This document shows positions 19,043 to 28,383 of a DNA stretch of 64,000 nt, piece by piece; positions within the stretch are counted from its first letter, which is position 1; each line of letters begins with the position of its first letter. Under the pieces are notes generated by a model, which saw only the letters and a program-made list of their open reading frames with translations, ran no database searches and was not told where the DNA came from. Origin of the DNA: an uncultured Candidatus Micrarchaeota archaeon (lineage in GTDB: Archaea; Micrarchaeota; Micrarchaeia; Micrarchaeales; Micrarchaeaceae); assembly GCA_963741095.1 (NCBI GenBank), contig CAVUGN010000009.1, positions 32,001 through 96,000 on the forward strand, in the 5' to 3' direction. Both the position numbers and the translations under genes were made by a program.

Positions 19043-20313
19043 ACCTCTTCGCTGCTTAGCTTTTTGTTGGTATCCTCTATCTTCTTTCCTATCCTTGTGA
19101 CTTTGGCTCTTGTGCTCCTGTCCTTGTCGCTGAGCTGGTCGACCACCTCGGCCCGCTGCTCTACGGAGAGGTTCGCGTTGTTAAGTGCCTTCAAGGCTTC
19201 TGAGATGTCGGTGAGCTCCGTCTTGGTCTCGGCGACCTGCTTGTTTATGTCCTCCACGTCCCTCCTCAATCCGCGCACTGTGTCATCAAGCTTCGAGACC
19301 TCGCCGAAAGCGTTCTTGAGGGTGCCTATCTTCTCGAGTATCGTCGCTGAATTCGAATCCACTATCTTGCTGTTCTTGTAAATGCTCTCGTTGAGCTTCT
19401 GGTACCTGTCGGAAAAGGCTATCCTGGCGCTGTTCAGCGTTCGCTTCGCGCTCTCGCTGTGCCTCTTGAATTCCCTTATCTGAGTTGCCAGGTCCTTTGT
19501 CGTGCTCGCCTGGTTGCTGACGCTGCCGGCTATGGCCGCTATCTGCTGAGTCCCCAATTTCAGCCTCGACTCTATCTCGGTGCTCGTCGCATCAAGCTGC
19601 CTGTTGAACTCCCTTGCCTGCGCGTCCATGCTCTTCTTCATCGACTCGAAAAACCTGTCCTTCGTCTTCCTGAGCTCCTCTATCTCCGATATCGCCGCGC
19701 TCGACTTCTTGAGCAGCTCGTTGACCTTGTCTATGTTGGCCGAGACTCCCTTCTCGCCCCCTGCGGCCGTGAGCATGTCTATCTTGGATGACAGATCGTT
19801 TATGCGCCTGTTAACGTCGCCATAGGCGGTCTCGACGCTCTGCTTTATAGTGTTGACCCCTTTCTGCTCCGATTCGACCATCGCGTAGGCCTTGTTTATC
19901 TCCGCGAGCATCAATTGTACCTCCGGCATTCGCTGCCTGTAGACGCTCTCTATGTTCGCTACCGACATGCTCAGTCCGGTTATCCTCTCGGCGAACTTGT
20001 CCAGTTCAGCGCGCTGGACGTTCGTGCTCTGCTCAAGTATGCTCTCTCTCGCCCCTAGCTTGACCTTGACGCTCTGCACTTCCTCCTTCCCAATCACTAT
20101 CGGCTCGAGGTACATCCTGCCTACCTCGTAGCTTATCCTGGCCATCCCTCCGCTCTCGAGGACCTTGGCCCACCTCTCGACTATCTTAGGATCAGCGCCC
20201 AGCTGGACCGCTATGGTGTTGAGCTCGCTCTTGCCCTTGGTCCTAAGCAACTCCACAAGAGCGTCTATCGAGGTTCTCGCCTCACCCGCATCTTGTCCAG
20301 TCGCCCCAGGCAT
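19039..20313 (-). CDS. Coiled-coil protein with an N-terminal winged-helix-like segment
   Basis: TSIDALVELL...VERWAKVLESGG N-terminus followed by long heptad-rich region; first gene of the pilus operon. Confidence 0.75.
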   Translation of the reverse strand: MPGATGQDAGEARTSIDALVELLRTKGKSELNTIAVQLGADPKIVERWAKVLESGGMARISYEVGRMYLEPIVIGKEEVQSVKVKLGARESILEQSTNVQRAELDKFAERITGLSMSVANIESVYRQRMPEVQLMLAEINKAYAMVESEQKGVNTIKQSVETAYGDVNRRINDLSSKIDMLTAAGGEKGVSANIDKVNELLKKSSAAISEIEELRKTKDRFFESMKKSMDAQAREFNRQLDATSTEIESRLKLGTQQIAAIAGSVSNQASTTKDLATQIREFKRHSESAKRTLNSARIAFSDRYQKLNESIYKNSKIVDSNSATILEKIGTLKNAFGEVSKLDDTVRGLRRDVEDINKQVAETKTELTDISEALKALNNANLSVEQRAEVVDQLSDKDRSTRAKVTRIGKKIEDTNKKLSSEEV

Positions 20314-20388
20314 ATGACAACACGATTACTAATGAGCAACAAATGTTTAAATACTATCTATGGCTCGTCGGCACCCAACGTCAAAATT

Positions 20389-21081
20389 CTACAGGGCTAT
20401 CCTGTAGAACATGGAAAACACCAGCGCGATCAGCAGCATGAACGCTATGCTCCACAGGGACACCACGTTGAAGATCAGCATCAGCACGAAGATGGCGCCC
20501 ATGACTGCGAAGTACACCGGCTTGTTCCACGCGAGTATCTTGCTGCCGTCGAGAGGGTATATCGGCAGCATGTTGAAGAAGGCGAGCAGCAGGCTCACGA
20601 ATATCGTGAACGTCAGCGTGGCGTAGAGATAGCTGCTTGAGGCGGGGTTGAACAGGTAGAGCATCGCCGCGAACACCGCAAAAACAACGAAGTTCGTCAT
20701 CGGGCCTGCGAGCGACACGATGCCGTTCTCCCTTTTCGTGAAATTGCTCGCGTATATGACCGTTGCGCCGGGTATGCCGATCAGGAAGCCGAGCGCGCCG
20801 GTGAACAGGGTAATGGCAAGCCCGTTCATCGAGGTCTGGAAGCCAGCTATCGCGCCATAATGCTGCGCGACGAACTTGTGCATCAGCTCATGCAGCACGA
20901 AGCTTAGCGTCACTGCAAGCGCGGCAATGGGCAGGAATCCAACGAAGGTGCCGATGCCCGACGAGGCGATGCCGGCTATGCCCCCTGAAAAGCTGAGCGA
21001 GAAGGCGACGATGAGAACAACGTCGGCTATGACTATGTTCTTGAGCTCCTCCATCCCCGTTACGTTCTGCCTGAACGCCAT
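20389..21081 (-). CDS. Site-2 protease (peptidase M50)
   Basis: HELMH, LAGP and FNMLPIYPLDG motifs; start uncertain. Confidence 0.92.
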   Translation of the reverse strand: MAFRQNVTGMEELKNIVIADVVLIVAFSLSFSGGIAGIASSGIGTFVGFLPIAALAVTLSFVLHELMHKFVAQHYGAIAGFQTSMNGLAITLFTGALGFLIGIPGATVIYASNFTKRENGIVSLAGPMTNFVVFAVFAAMLYLFNPASSSYLYATLTFTIFVSLLLAFFNMLPIYPLDGSKILAWNKPVYFAVMGAIFVLMLIFNVVSLWSIAFMLLIALVFSMFYRIAL

Positions 21082-21135
21082 ACCACTAATTTGCAAATGC
21101 TTTATAAAACAGATGCGTGACAATATAGTGTATTT

Positions 21136-21231
21136 AGCTCCATCGTCTAGTGGTCATTGCAAACAAACGCAACCAAAAAAGGACGGCGGCCTCTGGAGCC
21201 GTAAACGCCAGTTCGAATCTGGCTGGAGCTA
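21136..21231 (+). tRNA. tRNA-Gln(CTG) with ~21-nt D-loop intron
   Basis: Acceptor AGCTCCA/TGGAGCT, anticodon arm GCGGC-CTCTGGA-GCCGT, T-loop TTCGAAT; insert about 21157-21177 with TGGT/ACCA central helix and 3-nt bulges. Confidence 0.9.
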
Positions 21232-21324
21232 GATTACGTTTATCAGAATCAACCAGACGCCTGAAATCCATCGGAATGGACGGAATCAAAAGACGGGCAA
21301 CAAGCAACAATATCAACTGATCTC

Positions 21325-22851
21325 ATGAAACAGGGCAACAAGAAAAAAGCCAGCAAGACCTCCATGGCTTCGTCTGCCACCACGCCGATCATCATAGCGG
21401 CGGTCGTAGTGCTTCTCGCCGCTCTTGTGTTCGCTTTCAATGTTGCAAACGTGCAGGGAACGCTGAATGCCTTCGCGCATCCCAGAACAAACGCAACTCT
21501 TTATTATTGCGGCATCGCCGTTTCGGAACAGCAGTACGCGCTTCTTAATTCCACAGGCCAGTACCAGTTTGAAGGTAATCCATGCCATCAGTATTACATC
21601 AACGGCACGATAGGCGCATTCAACACCGTGCTAAGCGGAGGCATAGATGGACCAATCACCCTATACAAAAACACACTGCTTGTGCCCATGGAACCGCCCG
21701 CCTACAATTACACCCCGCCTTCATACTACCCGCCAAACATGAGCATGATGTGGGGCGGGCTTGCCGCAGTAAACGCAACCACCGGAAAGCTCATCTGGCA
21801 GGACAATTTCACCAACCCGGTCATGACACAACCCTTGGCGGTAAACGGTATCGCCTACGTGGGCACGGGAGACGATTATACGTCGGTCGGCTCGGAACAA
21901 AATGGCATGTTTGCAATAAACATAACCGATGGGCGGATAGTGTGGGAAATAAAAACTACAAGCCAAAACATGCCCACATTCGTCTATTACAACGGCTCCA
22001 TAATAAAAATGTCCACCCTCTGGAACGGCTTCAATCTCTGGAACAAATCCACTGCGAATTTCACCACCCATGCCCTACAAGCATTTGACCCATTAACCGG
22101 CAATCTGAAATGGCAGATGGGCTTGGGCGGATTTTCTGCAATGTCCTCCCCCGTTCTGATAGGCAACACAATCTATTTTGGGGAAATGCACCAAAACAGC
22201 AACACCCTTGTTCGCCCCAACCCCCCATACATCCTCAATCATGGTATAATATATGCAATAAATTTAGACACCCATACGGCGGTGTGGAACACGACCTTCC
22301 CCAACGGCGCAGATAGGGCAACGCAGGATACAACACTTGCAATATGGAACAACACCCTGATTGACGGGTATGCCTTTACTAATTACTCCCTGCCCATCCA
22401 AAACATGATTACAAACTTGACATTGGTGGGCATGGATCGAAATAATGGAAGCATAAAATGGGAATTCAATGAAGGCCGAGGCCCAAACACCCCGCGAAGC
22501 ATGCTACCGGTATTTACTGCCTACAACAACATCGCGTTCTCGGTCACCACGGAGCTGGGTTGGCTGTACGCATTGAACATGTCTACGGGGCAGCGGCTAT
22601 GGAAATTCCATACCGGCCCTTCCCTGCAGAATCCGGAGGTCATCGACGGACACGTCTTTGCGGAAAACCAGACGGGTACGGTGTTCATACTGGACATGAA
22701 CGGCACGCTCTACAAGACGATCAATCTGGGAACGCCGATGGGCTGGTGCGGGAGCGCAGGGATCGCCCAGATAGGGGATAAAGTGGTCTTCGGGGGCGAT
22801 GACGGCAGGCTTATAGTGCTCCCAATATCAAGTATCATATCCCAGAATTAA
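21325..22851 (+). CDS. Membrane-anchored PQQ-like beta-propeller protein
   Basis: N-terminal TM helix; repeated A.D..TG...W motifs. Confidence 0.85.
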   Translation: MKQGNKKKASKTSMASSATTPIIIAAVVVLLAALVFAFNVANVQGTLNAFAHPRTNATLYYCGIAVSEQQYALLNSTGQYQFEGNPCHQYYINGTIGAFNTVLSGGIDGPITLYKNTLLVPMEPPAYNYTPPSYYPPNMSMMWGGLAAVNATTGKLIWQDNFTNPVMTQPLAVNGIAYVGTGDDYTSVGSEQNGMFAINITDGRIVWEIKTTSQNMPTFVYYNGSIIKMSTLWNGFNLWNKSTANFTTHALQAFDPLTGNLKWQMGLGGFSAMSSPVLIGNTIYFGEMHQNSNTLVRPNPPYILNHGIIYAINLDTHTAVWNTTFPNGADRATQDTTLAIWNNTLIDGYAFTNYSLPIQNMITNLTLVGMDRNNGSIKWEFNEGRGPNTPRSMLPVFTAYNNIAFSVTTELGWLYALNMSTGQRLWKFHTGPSLQNPEVIDGHVFAENQTGTVFILDMNGTLYKTINLGTPMGWCGSAGIAQIGDKVVFGGDDGRLIVLPISSIISQN

Positions 22852-23028
22852 TACCTGGCGAAGTAACTTTTCCTGCACCCACTTGCAGCATAAATTCGCT
22901 TGCCGATCCCTGGTTCCTTCCAATCGCCTCTGCCCCTGCGGAAGCACCCTGCTCAAGGCGGCAGAAAGTTGACTTGGCCCTTCGAAACATAAATATTTAA
23001 ACTTGCCCTTGAAAGATTGATTGGATAG

Positions 23029-23352
23029 GTGGCACACATGGCAAACAGAAAATCAAGACCAGATACAAAAATGATGATGATAATCTTCGCGGCCGTTCTT
23101 CTGGTGATCGGAGCGATAATCTTCTCGGCCATAGCAACCATCCCTTCCAGATCCGGGTCAAACGGCGGCACCCCGCTTGTCAGCAGCAAACAATCTGCTG
23201 TTGTGCCAACAAAGCAGACCGCTTCGGGCGCACTCACGGGAAATCCGGCAAGTTCGTCTTCGGATCAAAACAGCGGGACTTCGGTCCAAAGCGAAGCGGA
23301 CAAGTTAAAGGACTATATACTGATCTGTGCATCGTGCGGCGGCGGTCCATAA
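23029..23352 (+). CDS. Small membrane-anchored hypothetical protein
   Basis: Single TM helix, Ser-rich linker, C-terminal CASC; TATA-like TTTAAA upstream. Confidence 0.6.
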   Translation: MAHMANRKSRPDTKMMMIIFAAVLLVIGAIIFSAIATIPSRSGSNGGTPLVSSKQSAVVPTKQTASGALTGNPASSSSDQNSGTSVQSEADKLKDYILICASCGGGP

Positions 23353-23609
23353 TCCTCTAATCGTCTGCCACTTATCGTGCATAGTAACGACGTGCCCGAA
23401 GATTGGATACGCTACACACTTCCATGGGTAAGTTATGCCTCGCAAATCTTGACGAGCCATTCAGACGATTCTAAGATGGTTTAGAATCATCAGACTTAGT
23501 ATGCCCACGATGCAGGCCTTCATACCCACCGTCGGGCACCCCCTCTTTCGGTCAACAGGACTCTGCTAGATGATTATTTAAACTTTAATAGTGTGAAGAT
23601 ACCGATTCA

Positions 23610-24032
23610 ATGCCAAAGGCTCTAACCGATCATGTGATCGTCTGCGGCTACGGCACGCTCGGCGAGAAGGTGGCTGACGTCCTGTCGGGCCACAACGTTT
23701 CCTTCATACTCATCGAGATAGACACGAAAAAGGTCGAGAAGGCCAGACAGCTCGGCTACAATGTGATGGAGGGCGATGCCACCAGGTCGCAGGTGCTGAA
23801 GTCCGCCAATATAATGACCGCGAAGGCGATAGCGATCGCGCTTGACGACGACGCGAAGAACCTGTTCACCGTGCTGACCGCCAGGGACCTTAACAAGAGC
23901 ATATTCATAGCCGCCAGAGCGAACGACGATTTCGTCAGGGAGAAGCTCATAGAGGCGGGTGCGGATTACATAGTGATGCCGCAGAGGGCGGCAAGCAAGG
24001 AGATAGTCAATGAGCTCCTCAAGCCAGAATAG
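23610..24032 (+). CDS. Stand-alone TrkA-N/RCK domain protein
   Basis: HVIVCGYGTLG, GDAT and L..AGAD motifs. Confidence 0.9.
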   Translation: MPKALTDHVIVCGYGTLGEKVADVLSGHNVSFILIEIDTKKVEKARQLGYNVMEGDATRSQVLKSANIMTAKAIAIALDDDAKNLFTVLTARDLNKSIFIAARANDDFVREKLIEAGADYIVMPQRAASKEIVNELLKPE

Positions 24033-24804
24033 CCTGAGTTCGCGTGTCGGCGTTCCACCCCCCACCATAACCGACAGGGTGATCGTCCTGTTGCTCATCG
24101 CGGCAGCTCTCTTCACGATACTCTCGATAGAAGTCATATACGGCGTGACCCACAACTTCTCCGCTTCGAGCTACTACACCTTCGCAGCGCTTTTCAGCAC
24201 CAACCTCTCGACCAGCGGTAGCATAATAGCATCTGAGATAACTCCATTCAGTGGCGGCTTCTACGTTGTACTTGCGATGTCGATGCTTGACGGGCTCATC
24301 AAGGCGGTGATAATCGGTTTCGTAATAGCCGCGTTCACCAGATCAATAATGAACATAGACATCTCCTCGAGGATAAACGCCGCAGCGGCGAGCAGGATGA
24401 AGGGCCATGTGATAGTGTGCGGCTATTCGATGCTTGCGGAGCGGCTGTGCAAGGAGCTGAAGAGAAAGGGCGTCCAGTTCGTTGTCATAGAAAAAAATCC
24501 TGAGATAGCGGAGCTGCTGGAGGAGCTGGGCTACCACACGGTGAACGGCGACTTCACGGACGCGCGCGTGCTCAACACTGCGATGCTTAAGACTTCAAAG
24601 GCCATCGTGTTCGCCACGGAGAGCGACTTCAACAACCTGCTGGGGGTCGTCACCGCGAAGCACACCTACCCCAACGCAAAGATCATAACGAGGGCGGCGG
24701 AAGAGATAAACATAGGCAAGATGAAGCGTGGCGGGGCACGGCTCTGCCTGGTGCCCGAGATAGTGGCTGGCCAGGAACTCGGGGACAGCATGCTGAAATT
24801 GTGA
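24010..24804 (+). CDS. Two-TM ion channel-like protein with RCK domain
   Basis: TM helices followed by HVIVCGYS RCK domain; no TVGYG filter visible. Confidence 0.8.
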   Translation: MSSSSQNSLSSRVGVPPPTITDRVIVLLLIAAALFTILSIEVIYGVTHNFSASSYYTFAALFSTNLSTSGSIIASEITPFSGGFYVVLAMSMLDGLIKAVIIGFVIAAFTRSIMNIDISSRINAAAASRMKGHVIVCGYSMLAERLCKELKRKGVQFVVIEKNPEIAELLEELGYHTVNGDFTDARVLNTAMLKTSKAIVFATESDFNNLLGVVTAKHTYPNAKIITRAAEEINIGKMKRGGARLCLVPEIVAGQELGDSMLKL

Positions 24805-24808
24805 TCGG

Positions 24809-25540
24809 ATGGTAACACTGAAGAACGCGTGGATAACCCTTCTGACCGTCGCAGTGATACTTTTCCTAATCTCCAACCTCATCGACATATACTCCGGCAT
24901 CCGGCCGGTGTACGCGCTGCTGGAGAACACCTTCGGCTCCCTGCAGATCACCGATTCATTGATACACCTCTACGCCAACGTGAACGAGAATGTGTACACA
25001 CTGACATCAAACCTCATAAACATCGTAGTGTTCGCGCTTGTGACGGTGATGCTCGCAACATGGTTCGTGAACCTGATAAGCGGCTTCAGCATAAAAGGCA
25101 AGCTCCTGCTCTCCAGGATAAACCGCACAAAGGACCACGTCATAATCGCGCCCTTCAATCCCCTCGCCCAGGCGCTCCTGGTCGACCTGAAAGAGGCGGG
25201 CATAAAGTCGGTGGTCATAACCGAGAACAAGGGCGACCTTCCGGACCTGCACGACCAGAACGAGATGGCTCTCGTCGGCGTTGTAAAGTCGACCGAGGTG
25301 TTCGAGACTGCGGGCATAAAGCGTGCCAAGTACGTCATCGCGTGCAGCGACGACGACCTGCAGAACGCGCTCATAACTGTCACCGCAAAGAACGCGAACC
25401 CGAGGATAAAGATAATATCGAGGGTCAGCGACGAGGCGGACATACCCAAGCTGAGCATAGCCGGAGCCTATTGGATGATAAAGCCCGAGATCACTGCCGG
25501 CGAGAAGGTCGCCGACGAGATACTGAAGATAGTCGTGTAG
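24809..25540 (+). CDS. Second two-TM channel-like protein with degenerate RCK domain
   Basis: TM helices, then DHVIIAPF...AGI..AK...N...T.TAK..NP; paralogous to the upstream gene. Confidence 0.78.
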   Translation: MVTLKNAWITLLTVAVILFLISNLIDIYSGIRPVYALLENTFGSLQITDSLIHLYANVNENVYTLTSNLINIVVFALVTVMLATWFVNLISGFSIKGKLLLSRINRTKDHVIIAPFNPLAQALLVDLKEAGIKSVVITENKGDLPDLHDQNEMALVGVVKSTEVFETAGIKRAKYVIACSDDDLQNALITVTAKNANPRIKIISRVSDEADIPKLSIAGAYWMIKPEITAGEKVADEILKIVV

Positions 25541-25564
25541 CGCACTTCGCTGATTTTACTGGGG

Positions 25565-26995
25565 CTAGGGGCGCTCTACTTTGAAGCGGCGCGGCTTGGC
25601 AACTGTCTTGAGGGTCTCACCAGCAAATCTGGCCCATCCATTAATCCCCGTCCATTCGCCTACTGCAGGGAAGGGTGTGTACGTCCTAATCAGATAACTG
25701 CGTCTTGGGTTCTTTGCGTACTCGCTCAACAGCGCCTCTAGCCTCTTCCGATCTTCCTCCTCCAGCTCTGCGACCTTATTTTTGCCCCTGTCCACCAGGA
25801 ACTCCTTGGTCACCGCACCCTCGTTAGCCATCTGCCAACTCGATTTAGGCATTTTAGGCACGGGTTCACCAGATTCTCCTACCGAACTTGCCGCATTTCT
25901 GCCGACTGTCCGCACAGCCAGCAGCAGAGTTGCCGCAGCTACACCGTACGAACCGACAAACGGAACCCTGCTTGCGCCATACCTCCATTCTGCTATGTTA
26001 GCAGCTTCCGGCCCATACGGCTCATACTTTTCACTCACCTTATTGCGCAGCACGGTGTTCAAGTACCCATTCTTAAGATACTCAGGATGCTCTGCCGTGC
26101 GCATTTCGGCTTCCTTTTCCTTCATCATCCTTCTGATGTCCTTGCTTACCGAGTTGCTTATGCCAGACTTTAGCGTTACTAGCTCCCTCCAGTTAGTCCA
26201 GGCCATGGGCATATTCCAGCCGCCTGCCCACTTCCCCATTGCACCGGTAGGCGACTTAATATTGTCTTTGTCTTCCTCCAACGCCTCTCCCTTCTTCACG
26301 TGCCTGAACCTTGGGTTGAACTGGGCTCCGCCCGGGCCAGCCATCAGCCCGAGATTGACCCTTAAGTTGCCAACACCGAAGCCCTTGCCCTCCGTTCCTA
26401 TCTTAATCTTGTCTGTGCTCACAAGAAAATCCGAGGCTTTCTTTCTCCAATCTGTGCGGGCATTGAACGCATCCCGTCTCGCCTTTGTCATGCTTCCAGT
26501 CGGATTTGCGAGTATAACAGTATATAATTCCTTGCGCTGGGCAGCGTTCAGATCACTCACCTTGGTTACCCCCTTCGACTTGAGGTAGTCGTCAGTAGGC
26601 TTTATATTTAGGAACGCAGCCTGGCGCGCCGCGTTCTTCGTCTTATTCTGGGCCCTTACGGTTTTGCCAAGCCCGGCTATCTTTGGCTTCGCGCCTCCTG
26701 TCGGAGTCGACATCTGCTCCTTGAATTCGGTTGCCTTGCTTATTCCCTTTCCCGCGCCGCCCGTGCCGAAGCCGGTCGCCATCTGCATTATCGTGCCGAA
26801 CCCGAGCAGGGTGAAAAGGTCCGCGCCGCCCCTCAGTCCTGCGGCCGCGGCTATGAGTATGAGTATTATTATCACTGGGATCAGCGCGTACACAGCGCCT
26901 ATGCTCAAAAGATCAAACACCAGCATATCCACCGATAGTATAGCGTCGCAGGTGATATTTAAAGATTTTGTCACCATTAGACAGGCGTCATACAT
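25565..26995 (-). CDS. Hypothetical membrane protein with large basic domain
   Basis: 476-codon ORF with N-terminal hydrophobic segments; true start probably at MLVFDLL. Confidence 0.65.
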   Translation of the reverse strand: MYDACLMVTKSLNITCDAILSVDMLVFDLLSIGAVYALIPVIIILILIAAAAGLRGGADLFTLLGFGTIMQMATGFGTGGAGKGISKATEFKEQMSTPTGGAKPKIAGLGKTVRAQNKTKNAARQAAFLNIKPTDDYLKSKGVTKVSDLNAAQRKELYTVILANPTGSMTKARRDAFNARTDWRKKASDFLVSTDKIKIGTEGKGFGVGNLRVNLGLMAGPGGAQFNPRFRHVKKGEALEEDKDNIKSPTGAMGKWAGGWNMPMAWTNWRELVTLKSGISNSVSKDIRRMMKEKEAEMRTAEHPEYLKNGYLNTVLRNKVSEKYEPYGPEAANIAEWRYGASRVPFVGSYGVAAATLLLAVRTVGRNAASSVGESGEPVPKMPKSSWQMANEGAVTKEFLVDRGKNKVAELEEEDRKRLEALLSEYAKNPRRSYLIRTYTPFPAVGEWTGINGWARFAGETLKTVAKPRRFKVERP

Positions 26996-27023
26996 CCCTG
27001 CAGGAAAAGGCGATCAAACAAGG

Positions 27024-27144
27024 CGCTGGGAGTGGGAATCGAACCCACGAAAGCCATTTCTAGCTAAACAGCTTAGCAGGCTGCCGCCCTTTAGTGAACT
27101 TTCCTTTCGTTAAAAAGTTTTGTTTACCACTAGGCGATCCCAGC
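27024..27144 (-). tRNA. tRNA-Ser(GCT) with 35-nt D-loop intron
   Basis: Acceptor GCTGGGA/TCCCAGC, anticodon arm GCAGC-CTGCTAA-GCTGT, long variable arm; intron 27091-27125 with AGTG/CACT helix and GTA/AAA bulges; removal restores an 86-nt tRNA. Confidence 0.92.
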
Positions 27145-27182
27145 ACGGTAATAATTTGCAGGGCAACTTTAATAATAAGTGC

Positions 27183-27473
27183 GGCAGAAGCCGACCTTGC
27201 AATACTGGACATCGTCAAGCTTACTGCACCAAGGCTTGGCCCTGTATCTTAAGAGCATAGTCTTATTGCACGCCCGCTTCCTCTTGAAGCTTGGGCTATA
27301 TGCTTAGGGTTGCTCCTTCCGGCCTGGCCCGGTTTGCACATGAGACCACCACCTAAGGCAAGGCTTCACGGCCCTGATGCAGACTTGCCGAGATCCAAAT
27401 ATCACTCGATCGGCATTGGTTCGCCTAAAGGGATTTGCGAACGGGAAACCCTTAGCTTCCCGACCTATCTGCC
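27183..27473 (-). ncRNA. ffs: Archaeal SRP (7S) RNA
   Basis: Minus strand helix 8 GGGCCAGGCCGGAAGGAGCAACCC (27307-27330); terminal helix GGCAGA/TCTGCC; ~290 nt. Confidence 0.92.
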
Positions 27474-27540
27474 AGATAACTCTTTGAGTTAAGTATATTA
27501 ATAAGTTCGCCCAATACCATACTGCACAAGGTGCTTTTGA

Positions 27541-27954
27541 TTGGGCAATGACGAATATAATCAGCTGATTGACGACGCCTTCGCGAAGATCCCGAACCTC
27601 TCGATGGAGAAGGCGGACTTCGTGATACCAAGGGCCGACGGCCTCACGCAGGGGGCCAAGACCGTGATAAGGAACATCGCGGCGATAGCCGACAGGGCGA
27701 GGAGGAAGCCGGAGGAGATAGCGAGATACCTGAGCAAGGAGCTCTCCGCTCCGGCAAGCATAGCCGAGCAGGGACTGATAATAAGCGGGAAGTTCTCGGG
27801 AGACGAGCTCGACAAGCGCATAACGAAATACTTCGAGACCTACGTAATATGCAAGGAGTGCCACAAGCCCGACACCCATCTCGAGAGCGCGAAGAACGGC
27901 ATGTACCTCGTCTGCGAGGCGTGCGGGGCAAGGTACTGGGTTAAGAACTATTAG
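27541..27954 (+). CDS. eif2b: Translation initiation factor aIF-2 beta
   Basis: YLSKEL, YVICKECHKPDT and CEACGA zinc ribbon. Confidence 0.95.
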   Translation: MGNDEYNQLIDDAFAKIPNLSMEKADFVIPRADGLTQGAKTVIRNIAAIADRARRKPEEIARYLSKELSAPASIAEQGLIISGKFSGDELDKRITKYFETYVICKECHKPDTHLESAKNGMYLVCEACGARYWVKNY

Positions 27955-27962
27955 GTGTATGA

Positions 27963-28286
27963 ATGGACCGCAGCGGAAGGACTCACGATAGAAGAAGGGG
28001 CGCAGTGGTGGAGAGCAGGCTCAAGATGCCCATAGACAACGAGGTTGTCGGCAGGGTCATGAGGATAGCTGGCGCCACTAATTTCTTCATCAAGTGCAAC
28101 GACGGCAAGGAGCGTCTCTGCACAATACCTGGCAGGCTGAGAAGGATGTTCTGGATCAAGACGAACGACATCGTGATCGTCAAGCCATGGATAGTCCAGA
28201 GCGACCAGCGCGGCGATATAGTCTGGAGGTATAGCCTTCTTGACATAAGCAGGCTCAAGGAGAAGGGCATGATGCAGAACATATGA
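27963..28286 (+). CDS. eif1a: Translation initiation factor aIF-1A
   Basis: CNDGKERLCTIPGRL, WI...D.V.V.PW and RGDIVWRY. Confidence 0.95.
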   Translation: MDRSGRTHDRRRGAVVESRLKMPIDNEVVGRVMRIAGATNFFIKCNDGKERLCTIPGRLRRMFWIKTNDIVIVKPWIVQSDQRGDIVWRYSLLDISRLKEKGMMQNI

Positions 28287-28383
28287 CCGCTTTTCGCTTC
28301 GGAGGCCCAATCACGGCAGCAAGACACTAATTCTAAGGAAAGGATTTTAAGCTTAAGATGCGATACCCTCTTACTCTGGGGGT

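Noticed and set aside
27304-27879. ORFs across the 27.3 kb region other than aIF-2 beta
   Set aside because: They overlap the SRP RNA and the antisense strand of eif2b.
28287-28383. Replication origin upstream of cdc6
   Set aside because: The gap is under 100 nt and I see no repeated ORB-like boxes.
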